Below are positions 28,531 through 38,954 of a stretch of DNA of 64,000 nucleotides, piece by piece (the stretch's first letter is position 1; the number at the start of each line of letters is the position of its first letter). The position numbers and the translations under genes were made by a program. Under the pieces are notes generated by a model that did not search any database, was not told where the DNA came from, and worked only from the letters and a program-made list of their open reading frames with translations. The DNA is from Simkaniaceae bacterium (GTDB lineage Bacteria; Chlamydiota; Chlamydiia; Chlamydiales; Simkaniaceae), in contig JBFWSA010000002.1 in NCBI GenBank assembly GCA_050248615.1, forward strand, positions 16,457 to 80,456. The letters are read 5' to 3'.

Positions 28531-29499
28531 ATGGAAAATGAAAGCTTAGAACTCGATCTATTTTTTGAGATCCTACGGATTCGAAGAATTGAAGAAACCA
28601 TTGCTGATCGCTATGCAGAACAGAAGATGCGTTGCCCCATGCATTTTAGTATCGGACAAGAAGCGATCGCTGTGGGAGTCTGTAAAGCGCTTGAAAAAAA
28701 AGATGCGATCATCAGTCACCATCGTTGTCATGCCCACTATCTTGCCAAGGGGGGTAACCTCAATAAAATGATTGCGGAGCTCCATGGGAAAAAAACAGGA
28801 TGCTCTTTTGGAAGAGCAGGCTCCATGCATCTTGTCGATTTAAATGCGGGAATGTATGGTTCGACAGCCATTGCTGCCAATACTATCCCTATTGGAGTCG
28901 GTTTAGCACTAGCTTCCTCCCTAAAAAATGAAAAAGAGATCACAACGATCTTCTTTGGAGATGGCGCAACAGAAGAAGGGGCTTTTGCAGAAAGCCTCAA
29001 TTTTGCCTCCCTGAAAAGCCTCCCCACCCTGTTTATTTGTGAAAACAACCTTTACTCCATGTACTCCCCTCTTTCAGCGCGGCAAAGCAAAAAACGCGAT
29101 CGCGTTAAAATCGCACAAGCGAATGGTCTTTTTGCCTCCCATGGAAATGGGAATGATGTAGAAGAGGTTTATCGACTCACTCAAGAAGCCATCCATCATA
29201 TCCGAACCCAAAAAGAACCCGCCTTTATTGAGCTGGATACTTACCGTTTCCGCAGCCACGTGGGTCCTAAAGAAGATGGTGAAGAGTGCCGCCCAGAGGC
29301 AGAAGTCAAAGCATGGAAAAACACCTGTCCCCTCAAAGTTTATGAGAAAAAACTCCTTGATCAAAACATTTTGACCTCTGCAATCTTAGAGTCAATGGAA
29401 GCAAAAGTAGCTGCAGAAATCGAATATGCTTTCTCCTTTGCCGAAGAAAGCCCCTATCCTGAGTTTGATCTTGATTATGAAAAACCCTATGCAGAGTAA
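28531..29499 (+). CDS. TPP-dependent dehydrogenase E1 alpha-like subunit
   Basis: GQEA, SHHRCHAH, GSMH, GDG...ENN TPP motif. Confidence 0.9.
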   Translation: MENESLELDLFFEILRIRRIEETIADRYAEQKMRCPMHFSIGQEAIAVGVCKALEKKDAIISHHRCHAHYLAKGGNLNKMIAELHGKKTGCSFGRAGSMHLVDLNAGMYGSTAIAANTIPIGVGLALASSLKNEKEITTIFFGDGATEEGAFAESLNFASLKSLPTLFICENNLYSMYSPLSARQSKKRDRVKIAQANGLFASHGNGNDVEEVYRLTQEAIHHIRTQKEPAFIELDTYRFRSHVGPKEDGEECRPEAEVKAWKNTCPLKVYEKKLLDQNILTSAILESMEAKVAAEIEYAFSFAEESPYPEFDLDYEKPYAE

Positions 29500-29504
29500 G
29501 TCGT

Positions 29505-30578
29505 ATGGAAAGAGAGCTCAAGTTTAATGAATCCTTACTCGAAGCCCATACCCAGTTATTAGAAACAGATCCTTCTGTTTTTCTTTTGGGTCAAGGCGTT
29601 GTAGACCCCAAAGGGGCCTATGGAACAACAATTGGTCTTGAAGAAAAGTTCGGGAAAGAACGGGTAATGAATACCCCTTTCTCAGAAAATGCCATCATGG
29701 GGATTGCTATCGGGGCTGCGATTAAGGGAATGCGTCCCATTCTCACCTTTAAACGGGTGGACTTTCTCCTCCTTGCTATGGATCAGCTCATCAATAACGC
29801 GTCGAAGTGGTACTACATGTTTGGGGATCAAATGAAGGTCCCTCTCGTACTACGTCTCGTCATTGGAAGAGGATGGGGACAAGGCCCCCAACACTCTCAA
29901 TCTCTTCATGGCCTTTTTGCAGCGATTCCCGGATTAAAAGTGGTCATGCCCTCTACCCCTTACGATGCCAAAGGGCTTCTCATCAGTGCCACAAAAGATA
30001 ATAATCCTGTTGTTTTTCTTGAACACCGTTGGCTCCATCACACCCATGGCCCTGTTCCTGAAGAAATGTACGAGGTTCCCATTGGAAAAGCTCACATCAT
30101 CCAACAAGGGAATGATCTGACATTAGTCACATGTTCTCATATGTCACTTGAAGGAAGGAAAGCTTGTAAAATCCTTGAAGAACAGGGCGTCTCTGTGGAG
30201 CATATCGATCTCCGTAGTGTCAAGCCGCTTGACAAAGAGACCCTTATTAAATCTGTACGCAAAACCGGAAGACTCCTTGTCGCTGATCCCGACTGGAAAT
30301 CTTGCGGAGTTGCTGCTGAGGTCATTGCCTCACTTTCGGAAGAGGCCTTTAATGATTTCAAAGCCCCTCCAGCCCGTGTCACCTATCCCGATCGTCCCAG
30401 TCCTTCCAGCTGGGCCCTTGCCAACCACTACTATCCCTCCGCCAAATCAATCGCCCTCCAAGCCTTCCGCACCCTCCGCATGCCCTCCAAAGCACAACAC
30501 ATCCTTGAAAAACTTCTCGAGCACCGCAATTCTGCCCCCCTCGACGTCCCCGACGCCTCCTTCACCGGCCCCTTCTAA
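29505..30578 (+). CDS. TPP-dependent dehydrogenase E1 beta-like subunit
   Basis: TPFSEN, GPQHSQ, PSTPYDAKGLL, IDLRSVKPLD. Confidence 0.9.
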   Translation: MERELKFNESLLEAHTQLLETDPSVFLLGQGVVDPKGAYGTTIGLEEKFGKERVMNTPFSENAIMGIAIGAAIKGMRPILTFKRVDFLLLAMDQLINNASKWYYMFGDQMKVPLVLRLVIGRGWGQGPQHSQSLHGLFAAIPGLKVVMPSTPYDAKGLLISATKDNNPVVFLEHRWLHHTHGPVPEEMYEVPIGKAHIIQQGNDLTLVTCSHMSLEGRKACKILEEQGVSVEHIDLRSVKPLDKETLIKSVRKTGRLLVADPDWKSCGVAAEVIASLSEEAFNDFKAPPARVTYPDRPSPSSWALANHYYPSAKSIALQAFRTLRMPSKAQHILEKLLEHRNSAPLDVPDASFTGPF

Positions 30579-30612
30579 CAAGAAATTTGCAGCAACCTTA
30601 TATAATAAAGTT

Positions 30613-31497
30613 ATGACTCTTTTAAAAACCCGATCTTTTCTTTGTTATAGATTTTTTCCTTTTTGGTTTTTTTTTATTTGTAACTTCTCAAAAATCTATG
30701 GAAAATACTGCCTGATTAGTACAGAACACTTTCCAACGATTGGTATGTTTGCTGCAACAAATTTAGTTATAGGGCAAATTCATTTGTATGAAAGAGGAAA
30801 TTTACCTGATTATCAAGGATTAAAAGTAGATTTTGGTCAGCATGGTCTTTATTACGAATCTGATCATGGTCCAAATTGGTGGAGTTATTTTTTTGAGCCG
30901 GTTTCTCTTGGAATAACCTCTTCTTCTCCTTTCTATATGTCCTGGGAGGAAGGGTGTGATGCTTTTCGAGCAAAAAGTGCTTTACCTAGAGAAAAAGCTA
31001 TTACGTTGGTCAAAAAATATATTCGAATTCAACCACATATTCAAAAAAAGGTAGAATGCTTTGTAGAAGATCATTTTTATGGAGATTATATAATAGGCGT
31101 TCATTATCGAGGCACTGACAAGCACTCTGAAGCTCCTAGAGTAGATTACAATGTTATCATTGCTGCAGTAAGAGGTCAAATCCCTAAAGAAAAATCCTAT
31201 CAAATTTTTGTTGCCAGTGATGAACAATCATTTGTAGAAAAGATGCAACAAGAATTTTCTTCTCAAATCGTAACAAGAGATGTACATAGAGCTATAGGAT
31301 TAGAGGGGGTTCATTTTTCTGATCATAATGGCTATCAATTGGGAGAAGAAGCTTTGATTGATTCACTATTACTTTCAAAGTGCGATCTATTGATTCGTAC
31401 GAGCTCAAATCTTAGCTTATGGTCTACCTATTTCCAGCCTCATATTCCTGTCATTTTATTGAGTGAGCGTTATGAAAAGTGTGCAGAGCCCGAATAA
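30613..31497 (+). CDS. NodZ/GT23-like fucosyltransferase
   Basis: IGVHYRGTDK, IFVASDE, DSLLLSKCD..I..SSNLS. ATG at 30613 is preferred over the track start inside the E1 beta gene. Confidence 0.78.
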   Translation: MTLLKTRSFLCYRFFPFWFFFICNFSKIYGKYCLISTEHFPTIGMFAATNLVIGQIHLYERGNLPDYQGLKVDFGQHGLYYESDHGPNWWSYFFEPVSLGITSSSPFYMSWEEGCDAFRAKSALPREKAITLVKKYIRIQPHIQKKVECFVEDHFYGDYIIGVHYRGTDKHSEAPRVDYNVIIAAVRGQIPKEKSYQIFVASDEQSFVEKMQQEFSSQIVTRDVHRAIGLEGVHFSDHNGYQLGEEALIDSLLLSKCDLLIRTSSNLSLWSTYFQPHIPVILLSERYEKCAEPE

Positions 31498-31524
31498 TAA
31501 GGACGATAGGCATGTAGAAGCACT

Positions 31525-33144
31525 TTATTGAATATGTAATTGATGATCCATCAAAGCGGCAATTTTCTTCTGATGAGTAATGACTAGAAGGGCGCGCTTT
31601 TTTGCAGCAGCAAGGACATTCTTAATCGTTGCAATTCCCATTTCTTCATCTAAGCTAGCTGTGGGTTCGTCAAGAATAAGAATAGGACTTTGTTTTAGAA
31701 GAGCTCTTGCAATGGCTATTCTTTGTTTTTGCCCTCCAGAAAGTTTGTCGCCTCTATCTCCTACAATCGTATCTAGCCCTAAAGGAAGGGCCTCAATAAA
31801 GGAATAACAGTTAGATGTTTTAAGGGCTTTTAACACGTCTTCTTCAGAGGCTGAAAGATTCCCGTACAGCAAGTTATCCCGAATAGATCTGTGAAATAAA
31901 GAGGGGTTTTGGGGAACAACTGCAAACACATTTCGAACATCTACCTGAGATAGGGCGTTGATTGAAGTTCCATCTATCTCTATCTTTCCAGTTTCTGCTT
32001 GGATATGGGACAATAAGAGATGTATTAAAGTGGTTTTTCCAGAACCAGAAAGTCCAGTAATCGCAAGGCTTTTCCCAGGACTCAAAGAAAATGATAGATC
32101 TTTAATCAAAGGAGTGTCATAACCAAATGTCACATTCTTTAGTAAGAGGTGTCCTTTAGGAATAAAAGATTGATTCTTTGCTTTCTCCTCTGGAATTTCT
32201 GAAAATAACACCTCAAGGTTCTCCTTTACTCTTCCAAACTCTTCCTTAAAACGGATTACTTCCATGCTTAAATACCAAAGGAAACTTGTAAGATTTAATA
32301 ACAACATAATCACGAGAGTCAGGGATCCTAAAGAGAGCACTTCTTTTTCCCATTCTAAATAACTAAGAGTGAGAGTGGTTATGAGCATTACGAGACTGGA
32401 TCCCCCTAGAACCCATCGTACTTTTTCTAGGTAATCTTGAGCTTTTTGAGTGGCGTTTAGTTCTTCATCAAGATAACTCTTGAGGTAGTTTGATTCATGG
32501 GTTTCTCTTGAGAATGTTTTTACGGCAAAAATATTGAACAAACTATCCAAAATGCGTGCTTGAAGATTAGAACGAGCTTCTGCAGAAAGCTGAGTTTTTT
32601 CTAATGAGCGTAATCCCATTTTCCATGTTACCCAAAGATGAAAAGTTATCCAACATAGAAAAATTCCTCCCAGTTTTGGACTTATCAAGGTGATTAAGAT
32701 TAGAGAAAAAAAGAGATGAGAAAGGATAGGAATAAAAGAGGAGAGATAGATTGACAAAAGATTTTCACTTCCTAGAACTGCTCCTTGAATTTTATCTGCT
32801 AAATTTCCTGAAAAGTGTCTTTTAAAAAACGAAAGGGGGTACTCGTTGACATGATTTGTAAGCTTTTCATACAGAGCTGTGCGAATTGGTGGTAGGGTAC
32901 GAATAAGAAGTCTTCCTTGGATGCGCATGCAGATTTCCATAACTCCCCAGGCAATCACAATGAGAATCATCGATTGAAAAATAACTTTAGGAAGAACTTC
33001 TGAGTAGTAAGTGGTGTCGATCATTTTTTTAACGAGATAAGGAGTTAAAATGTCTCGTAAGGACCAAAAAAAACCCAGGAAGACAATTAAGATCAATCTA
33101 GTTTTAAAAGGTCTGAGTGTTGAGAGGAGAGTAGATTTGAGCAT
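31525..33144 (-). CDS. ABC exporter, fused TMD-NBD
   Basis: TM domain; GLSGSGKT, LSGGQKQR, ILDE, ITH. Confidence 0.92.
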   Translation of the reverse strand: MLKSTLLSTLRPFKTRLILIVFLGFFWSLRDILTPYLVKKMIDTTYYSEVLPKVIFQSMILIVIAWGVMEICMRIQGRLLIRTLPPIRTALYEKLTNHVNEYPLSFFKRHFSGNLADKIQGAVLGSENLLSIYLSSFIPILSHLFFSLILITLISPKLGGIFLCWITFHLWVTWKMGLRSLEKTQLSAEARSNLQARILDSLFNIFAVKTFSRETHESNYLKSYLDEELNATQKAQDYLEKVRWVLGGSSLVMLITTLTLSYLEWEKEVLSLGSLTLVIMLLLNLTSFLWYLSMEVIRFKEEFGRVKENLEVLFSEIPEEKAKNQSFIPKGHLLLKNVTFGYDTPLIKDLSFSLSPGKSLAITGLSGSGKTTLIHLLLSHIQAETGKIEIDGTSINALSQVDVRNVFAVVPQNPSLFHRSIRDNLLYGNLSASEEDVLKALKTSNCYSFIEALPLGLDTIVGDRGDKLSGGQKQRIAIARALLKQSPILILDEPTASLDEEMGIATIKNVLAAAKKRALLVITHQKKIAALMDHQLHIQ

Positions 33145-33221
33145 TGTACAAGAGGGTTGTTTGATTATAAATAGAGTAATTATTCTTTTACTTTAAATGC
33201 AACTCATTCTAATTTTATAGT

Positions 33222-34034
33222 ATGAGATTTGTTTTTCTAATCACAGGGAGAAAAGCCCTCCCATTTGCAAAAAGATGTATTGATTCAATTCTAGGACAAC
33301 AAAAAGAGTTTTCTTTTGATTGGCTTTATGTCGATGATGCTTCCGAGTATTCACGGACTGAAAAAGAGTTCTTACTTTCGTTGATGGAAGGGAAAGTTCT
33401 ATTTCTAGGAAAGCGTCATTATCAGGTCGGTGCCATTCATCAAGGAATCCAAAAAATAGAAGATCCCTATAGCATTATTTGTTTGATAGATGGAGATGAT
33501 TATCTTTTGGGAGATGCATTAAATTATATTGCAAAGGTTTATGAAAATCCTGATATTGCTATGACATACGGAAATGTTCTCTTAGATTTTCGCCCTTATC
33601 AAGATCCTATGTCTCATTACTTTTTTGACAAAAAAACTGTTAATACAGAGTATTCCGATATCATTTGGAGAACCCAATCATTTCGAGAAGATGGTTTTCG
33701 GTGCTTTCATCTTCGTACTTTTCGTCGGTGGCTTTGGGATTATATTGATCCTAAAGGCTTCTGCAGAAGAGATGGAACTCCCATTCGCGCCTCTGGTGAT
33801 AGCGCCTTTATGTATCCAATGTTGGAACTCTTAGGTGATAAAAAACATGTAATGTTCATCGATACGCCTCTTTATGTCTATCGCCTCCATATGGGAAATG
33901 TTCATAATCATGATAAGAAAAGCCAAACTGAAGACTTGGAATATATTCGCTTTGAACTTTCTCCTTATTCTCCTATAAATCGCTTGGAATTACAAGGACG
34001 ACTGAACCAAGCCAAAGATCTTATTAAAGAGTAA
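33222..34034 (+). CDS. GT2 glycosyltransferase
   Basis: YVDDAS, LIDGDDYL, YVYRLH. Confidence 0.85.
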   Translation: MRFVFLITGRKALPFAKRCIDSILGQQKEFSFDWLYVDDASEYSRTEKEFLLSLMEGKVLFLGKRHYQVGAIHQGIQKIEDPYSIICLIDGDDYLLGDALNYIAKVYENPDIAMTYGNVLLDFRPYQDPMSHYFFDKKTVNTEYSDIIWRTQSFREDGFRCFHLRTFRRWLWDYIDPKGFCRRDGTPIRASGDSAFMYPMLELLGDKKHVMFIDTPLYVYRLHMGNVHNHDKKSQTEDLEYIRFELSPYSPINRLELQGRLNQAKDLIKE

Positions 34035-34038
34035 AATT

Positions 34039-35778
34039 ATGTGTGGGATAGGAGGATTTGTTGGGGATGGGTTTTCTAAAGAAGCACTAGCTTTTATCCT
34101 TCGTAATGTCTGCGAAAAGCTCTCTCATAGAGGACCTGATTCAATGGGGGTTTTTATTAAACCTGGGGTTGCTTTTGCTTCCACACGTCTTGCTATCCGG
34201 GATCTTGAAAAGGGACAGCAACCTCTCGAAAAAGAAGAGATTGTTCTTATTTTTAACGGAGAAATTTATAATACCGATGACCTACGCAATCGATGTAAAT
34301 CAACGTGTTGGAAAACAGAAAGCGATACAGAAGTTGTTTTGGAGGTTTATCGGCACTTCGGAGAAAAAGGATTCCAGATGTTATCAGGAATGTTTTCGTT
34401 TGCGATTTGGGATGAAAAAAAATCAAGTCTTTATCTTGTTCGTGATCGTTGGGGTGAAAAGCCTCTATATTATACTGAGACCAAAGAAGGGGTAGCTTTT
34501 GCTTCTGAACTAGGGGGACTGACTCCATGGCAGCATTTGAATTGGGAGTGGGATGAAAAAGATCTATGGACGTTTTTAAAATATAGCTATATCCCAAGTC
34601 CCTTCTCGGGATGGAAGAATGTTAAAAAACTCCAGCCTGGTTGCTATCTTCATTGGGAACTAGGATCGAAAAAGCTAAAAAGATATCACTTTCCGAAGAT
34701 TAGTTTGAATCAGCAATCTCCAGAGGTTTTATTGCAAACAATTCGACAAGCAGTACATCAATGCGCGGTATCAGATAAACCCGTTGGAGTATTTCTAAGT
34801 GGGGGTTTGGATTCTTCTACTATTGTCACACTGCTAAAGGAAGTCAAGGGAACGTTTCCTGTATATTCCATCGACTGGAAAGAGAAAGATTTCTCAGAAA
34901 GCTCTTATCAGAAACTCCTATGCCAAAGTCTCGATCTCCCTCAGAAAGTCATCTATTGTACGTCTGAATTCATGACTCAATACTTCGATTATATCGTTTC
35001 TTTGTATGGAGAACCTTTTGGTGATGAATCGATGATTCCGACCCATTGTATTGCTCGACAGGCAAAAGAAGAAGTTGATGTTGTTTTAACAGGGGATGGT
35101 GCAGATGAATTTTTTCATGGATATGAGCGCTATTTTTTTAATCATTCTTCAGCAGAGTATACTGATACTTTTTCCCCTATTGATCAATCAACTTGGGAGC
35201 TTATCTTTAAAAAGGAATTTCATCACCAAACATTTCGATCCCAACTCGATTATTCGACAGAATGGGGAATAGAAAGAGATAAAACACTGAGAGATCGTTC
35301 CTTAAGAGATATGCTTTCATATTTACCAGATGATATATTAACAAAAATAGACCGTGCTACCATGGGGGTAGGTCTTGAGGCAAGAGCTCCCTTTCTTTTA
35401 CCAGAAGTTACAGCGATTGCTCTCAGTTCTTCTCTTGATCAGTTGCAAGATTTTTCAAAAATATGTGGGAAAAAACTTCTAAGAGATGCGGTGAATAAGA
35501 TACTTCCTGAAACAATTCTTCTACGTAAGAAACAAGGGTTTGGAGTTCCATTAGGTAAATGGTTTCAAGATGATCTCCATCTCTGGATGAAAGAACGTTT
35601 GATGTATGGGGCATTAAATCAATTGGGATGGTTCTCAAAAAAGGGGCTAGAAATTCTTTGCCAATTTCCTCTGAGATATTCACGCGCCATCTTTAATCTT
35701 TTAGTTTTGGAGAGTTGGATAGGTAAAAATAATTGTTTGCAAAATAATCTTTATAAATCTAAATTTTTTGTAAATTAA
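34039..35778 (+). CDS. asnB: Asparagine synthase-like glutamine amidotransferase
   Basis: N-terminal MCGI, HRGPD, NGEIYN, SGGLDSS, TGDGADE, KQGFGVP. Confidence 0.88.
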   Translation: MCGIGGFVGDGFSKEALAFILRNVCEKLSHRGPDSMGVFIKPGVAFASTRLAIRDLEKGQQPLEKEEIVLIFNGEIYNTDDLRNRCKSTCWKTESDTEVVLEVYRHFGEKGFQMLSGMFSFAIWDEKKSSLYLVRDRWGEKPLYYTETKEGVAFASELGGLTPWQHLNWEWDEKDLWTFLKYSYIPSPFSGWKNVKKLQPGCYLHWELGSKKLKRYHFPKISLNQQSPEVLLQTIRQAVHQCAVSDKPVGVFLSGGLDSSTIVTLLKEVKGTFPVYSIDWKEKDFSESSYQKLLCQSLDLPQKVIYCTSEFMTQYFDYIVSLYGEPFGDESMIPTHCIARQAKEEVDVVLTGDGADEFFHGYERYFFNHSSAEYTDTFSPIDQSTWELIFKKEFHHQTFRSQLDYSTEWGIERDKTLRDRSLRDMLSYLPDDILTKIDRATMGVGLEARAPFLLPEVTAIALSSSLDQLQDFSKICGKKLLRDAVNKILPETILLRKKQGFGVPLGKWFQDDLHLWMKERLMYGALNQLGWFSKKGLEILCQFPLRYSRAIFNLLVLESWIGKNNCLQNNLYKSKFFVN

Positions 35779-35798
35779 AAATATTTAAGGACGTTGTT

Positions 35799-36725
35799 AT
35801 GAAAGTATTGGTCACTGGCTCTGAGGGACTCATTGGCTCTTCTTTGTCTATTGCTCTTTCTCGTTTAGGAATCACAACTCTCGGGTTCGATAATAAATTA
35901 GAGCCTCACCACCCTTATTACGGAGATATTCTAAACTATGAACAAGTGACTGAAGCTATAAATGATGTGGAAGGAGTTGTACATCTTGCTGCTGTCTCTC
36001 GTGTTGTATTTGGAGAGAAAAATCCCAAATTATGTTGGGATACGAATGTTGAAGGTACAAAGCATATTTTAGAAGCCGCTCTAGCCTCTCCTAAAAAGCC
36101 TTGGGTTCTGTACGCGAGTAGTAGAGAAGTCTATGGTCAACAAGAAGAACTCCCAGTTAAAGAAACAGCTCCCCTGATGCCGGTCAATATTTATGGAGAT
36201 TCAAAGATTGCAGCAGAAAAAGCTGTAGAAAATGCAACGCAAAGAGGGTTAAAAGCATCCGTTGTCCGTTTTTCAAATGTTTTTGGAAGTGTCTGCGATC
36301 ATTCTGATCGGGTCATTCCAGCATTTTGTTTAGCTGCAGCCCATGGGACAAGGATAAGAATCGATGGAAAAGACAATCTCTTTGATTTTACGTATATCGA
36401 TGATGTGGTTCAGGGAATTTTATCTTTTATGTATCAACTAAGTCAAAATGATGACCCTCTTCCTCCTATTCACTTTACCATGGGGCAAGCCACAAGCTTA
36501 GGAGAAGTTGCTTTCTTTGCACAACAAGCGAGCAGGCATTTAATAGAAATCGTTGAAGCGCCCCCAAGAAATTATGATGTTGCCCGTTTTTATGGAGATC
36601 CTTCCCGTGCAGAAACTCTTTTGAATTGGAAACCTTGTGTGGGTGTGCAAGAGGGGATGCGTCGTCTTATCCATCAATACCGACTTGCTTCTCAAGTTGT
36701 TCAGAAAGAATATGCTTATCTTTGA
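35799..36725 (+). CDS. NAD-dependent epimerase/dehydratase
   Basis: TGSEGLIG, HLAA, SSREVYG, YGDSK. Confidence 0.9.
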   Translation: MKVLVTGSEGLIGSSLSIALSRLGITTLGFDNKLEPHHPYYGDILNYEQVTEAINDVEGVVHLAAVSRVVFGEKNPKLCWDTNVEGTKHILEAALASPKKPWVLYASSREVYGQQEELPVKETAPLMPVNIYGDSKIAAEKAVENATQRGLKASVVRFSNVFGSVCDHSDRVIPAFCLAAAHGTRIRIDGKDNLFDFTYIDDVVQGILSFMYQLSQNDDPLPPIHFTMGQATSLGEVAFFAQQASRHLIEIVEAPPRNYDVARFYGDPSRAETLLNWKPCVGVQEGMRRLIHQYRLASQVVQKEYAYL

Positions 36726-37350
36726 CCATCTTTTTGTGAGGCATGCAGATCGCCCACCATTTAAGACAAACTCTTGGGGACATGATGTTTCCATTAGCCT
36801 CAAAGGAAAACAAACTTCGAGAGTAATGGGGAGACAACTAAGATCCAATGATCTTAACTATGATCTTTGGAGTAGTCCCATCAAAAGATGCTTGGAAACT
36901 GCTGAATCAATTGGCATGGGGTTAGGCTGGAATAAAGAGATTAAGCAAAGTTCTCTTTTGGGAAATCCTGGATTTTTTATTCGAAACCCAGAACTGGCTT
37001 CTATTGTTTTTAAAAAATATCATCTTTCTCAATTGATTGATCTCTACCTTCAAAAGAAAAATCTTCCAGGTTTTTTTTCTTTTGAAAAAGGGTGTCAAAG
37101 AATGCTCTCAGCTTTAACAGATAAAAATAAATCTCCATCTATATGGGTGACTCATGATATCTGTGTTACAATTTTAGCGTGCTTTTTATTCAAACGAATC
37201 ACTTGTGAAGGATTCACTCCTAATTTTTTAGAAGGGATTGTCATTAAAAAGGATGAAGAAGGATGGCTTGCATCCTATAAGGGGTGTAATACAAGAATTG
37301 ACGAAACTGTATTTAAGGAAAAGTTTGTCTCAAACCGAAACCCTGCTTGA
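36712..37350 (+). CDS. Histidine phosphatase (phosphoglycerate mutase superfamily)
   Basis: RHA, SSPIKRCLETA, VTHD; in-frame ATG at 36712 overlaps the upstream gene end. Confidence 0.8.
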   Translation: MLIFDHLFVRHADRPPFKTNSWGHDVSISLKGKQTSRVMGRQLRSNDLNYDLWSSPIKRCLETAESIGMGLGWNKEIKQSSLLGNPGFFIRNPELASIVFKKYHLSQLIDLYLQKKNLPGFFSFEKGCQRMLSALTDKNKSPSIWVTHDICVTILACFLFKRITCEGFTPNFLEGIVIKKDEEGWLASYKGCNTRIDETVFKEKFVSNRNPA

Positions 37351-38954
37351 GAGCAAAGAGATTGAAATTCCTCTAGCGTTCTTTCTTTCCCACCGGTCAT
37401 CACCCACATATTTAGGTTGAGTAGTCCTCCCCTCCCAGTATCCTTATCTAAAAGATTTTCGATGACATAAAGACGCCCAGTATTCTGGGTTACCTTTCGC
37501 ACTTCCTTTAATATATGAAGGGCTCTTTTATCATCCCAGTCATGTAATACTCTTGATAGAATAATCCCGTCGAATGAACATTTTGGCCATTTTTTAAAAA
37601 AATCTAGAGCGACAAAAGTCAAACGTGGTTGAGGAATGCATTTTTCTAAAACTGAGGGACGATCTAAAACGACTCCTTCGAGATGAGAGTATTTTTCGAG
37701 AAGCATTTTTATAAGAGTTCCTTTTGATCCTCCAATATCTGCCATTAACTCATGTCTTGTGCAATCGATAATCTCTCCGAAAGCTCGATAATCATTATAT
37801 GCATAATGAGAAAGTGCCTGATGATAAAGAGTTTCTTTTTCTGGATGGTTTTTAATATAGTCAAACCAGTTTTGGTGGTATGCATTCTCAAAAGAAGATT
37901 TCCCTTGTTGCAGAGAGATTGCAACTTCTCTCCAAGCCTGGAGATGTTCTTCCATCCAAAGGGTTTGAGCGTAAGTAAGAGAAAGAGAGTGTTGAGGTGT
38001 GAGCAGTTCTCCTTTTTCTGATAGTTGCCATAGATTTTGGGCCTTCTTTACGTATCCTATTTCCATCAAAGCAAGAAGAACTTTTTCGATCATTGCAGAC
38101 TTTAAAGTCATTTTGTGTGAAAGGTTTTCTAAAGTGCTTGGCAAAGATTCAAAAATTTGAAGTTTCTTTGCCCCTTCTAAAGCGTATAACTTCCAATAAG
38201 AAACTAAATCACTTGAAACTTCATGAAAAACATCTTTTCTTTTCGAGCAAAGATTCTGAATTATATCTCCTTTTTCATCGATTACCCTGAGTTGTCCTTC
38301 TTCATTTTCTACCCTTGCATATCCATTATAAAAGGGCTCAATCATGACATACCTAGTCGAATAAAGAGGATTTCCTTTATGGTCGATATGAAACCATCCT
38401 AATTCATCTTTTGCTCTCGCAAATCCTTTATGAAAGCTATCTAAATCCAAAAATCCCTTTGGGTGAATTTTACTCCCTTGACTATCGATATGGTAATGAA
38501 GGCCGTTCGTATGCTGCACAACCGCAACACCATCGTGAAAATCACCTGCGTAAGAATAAGTCCGTGAGTAAAGTGCTTTTCCTTCTGTATTGATGTGGAA
38601 ATAGCTTCCATCAAAGTCTCGGACAGTACAAAGGTTTTCTTGGAAGTTGCCACACCATGCATAACATCTTTCATAAATAGAAGATCCATCAGCAAAAATA
38701 TGAAACCAACCTTTTTTATCAACTACTGTTGCACGATTACAGTAAAAGCCAAACGTTTTTTGATAACGCTTTTGGTAGAGAGGCTTTCCAATAAGATTAA
38801 TATGAAAAGCACCTGAAAGATCTCTTACAGGAGCAATCCCAGGAAAGTGAAATTTGAGAACGTGAAGGAAACGATGAGAATATGCAGGTTTGCCATCAAT
38901 AGTGTGATGAGTTTCATCTTGAGAAACTTCATATTTTTGCCAATTCATCTTCAC
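37275..38954 (-). CDS. WG-like repeat protein fused to class I O-methyltransferase
   Basis: Six ~36-aa repeats (F..G.A.V.D..G.FHI...G...Y), then ADIGGSKG, LDFF, SRVLHDWDD, GGKERT. Confidence 0.87.
   Translation of the reverse strand: MKMNWQKYEVSQDETHHTIDGKPAYSHRFLHVLKFHFPGIAPVRDLSGAFHINLIGKPLYQKRYQKTFGFYCNRATVVDKKGWFHIFADGSSIYERCYAWCGNFQENLCTVRDFDGSYFHINTEGKALYSRTYSYAGDFHDGVAVVQHTNGLHYHIDSQGSKIHPKGFLDLDSFHKGFARAKDELGWFHIDHKGNPLYSTRYVMIEPFYNGYARVENEEGQLRVIDEKGDIIQNLCSKRKDVFHEVSSDLVSYWKLYALEGAKKLQIFESLPSTLENLSHKMTLKSAMIEKVLLALMEIGYVKKAQNLWQLSEKGELLTPQHSLSLTYAQTLWMEEHLQAWREVAISLQQGKSSFENAYHQNWFDYIKNHPEKETLYHQALSHYAYNDYRAFGEIIDCTRHELMADIGGSKGTLIKMLLEKYSHLEGVVLDRPSVLEKCIPQPRLTFVALDFFKKWPKCSFDGIILSRVLHDWDDKRALHILKEVRKVTQNTGRLYVIENLLDKDTGRGGLLNLNMWVMTGGKERTLEEFQSLCSQAGFRFETNFSLNTVSSILVLHPL

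Noticed and set aside
30148..30612. Pro/Ser-rich N-terminal extension of the fucosyltransferase ORF
   Set aside because: Alternative frame of the C-rich E1 beta 3' end; ATG at 30613 is the more plausible start.
34039..35778. asnB-like gene as a lasso-peptide cyclase
   Set aside because: It retains the N-terminal Cys glutaminase domain, and no B protein, RRE or precursor is nearby.
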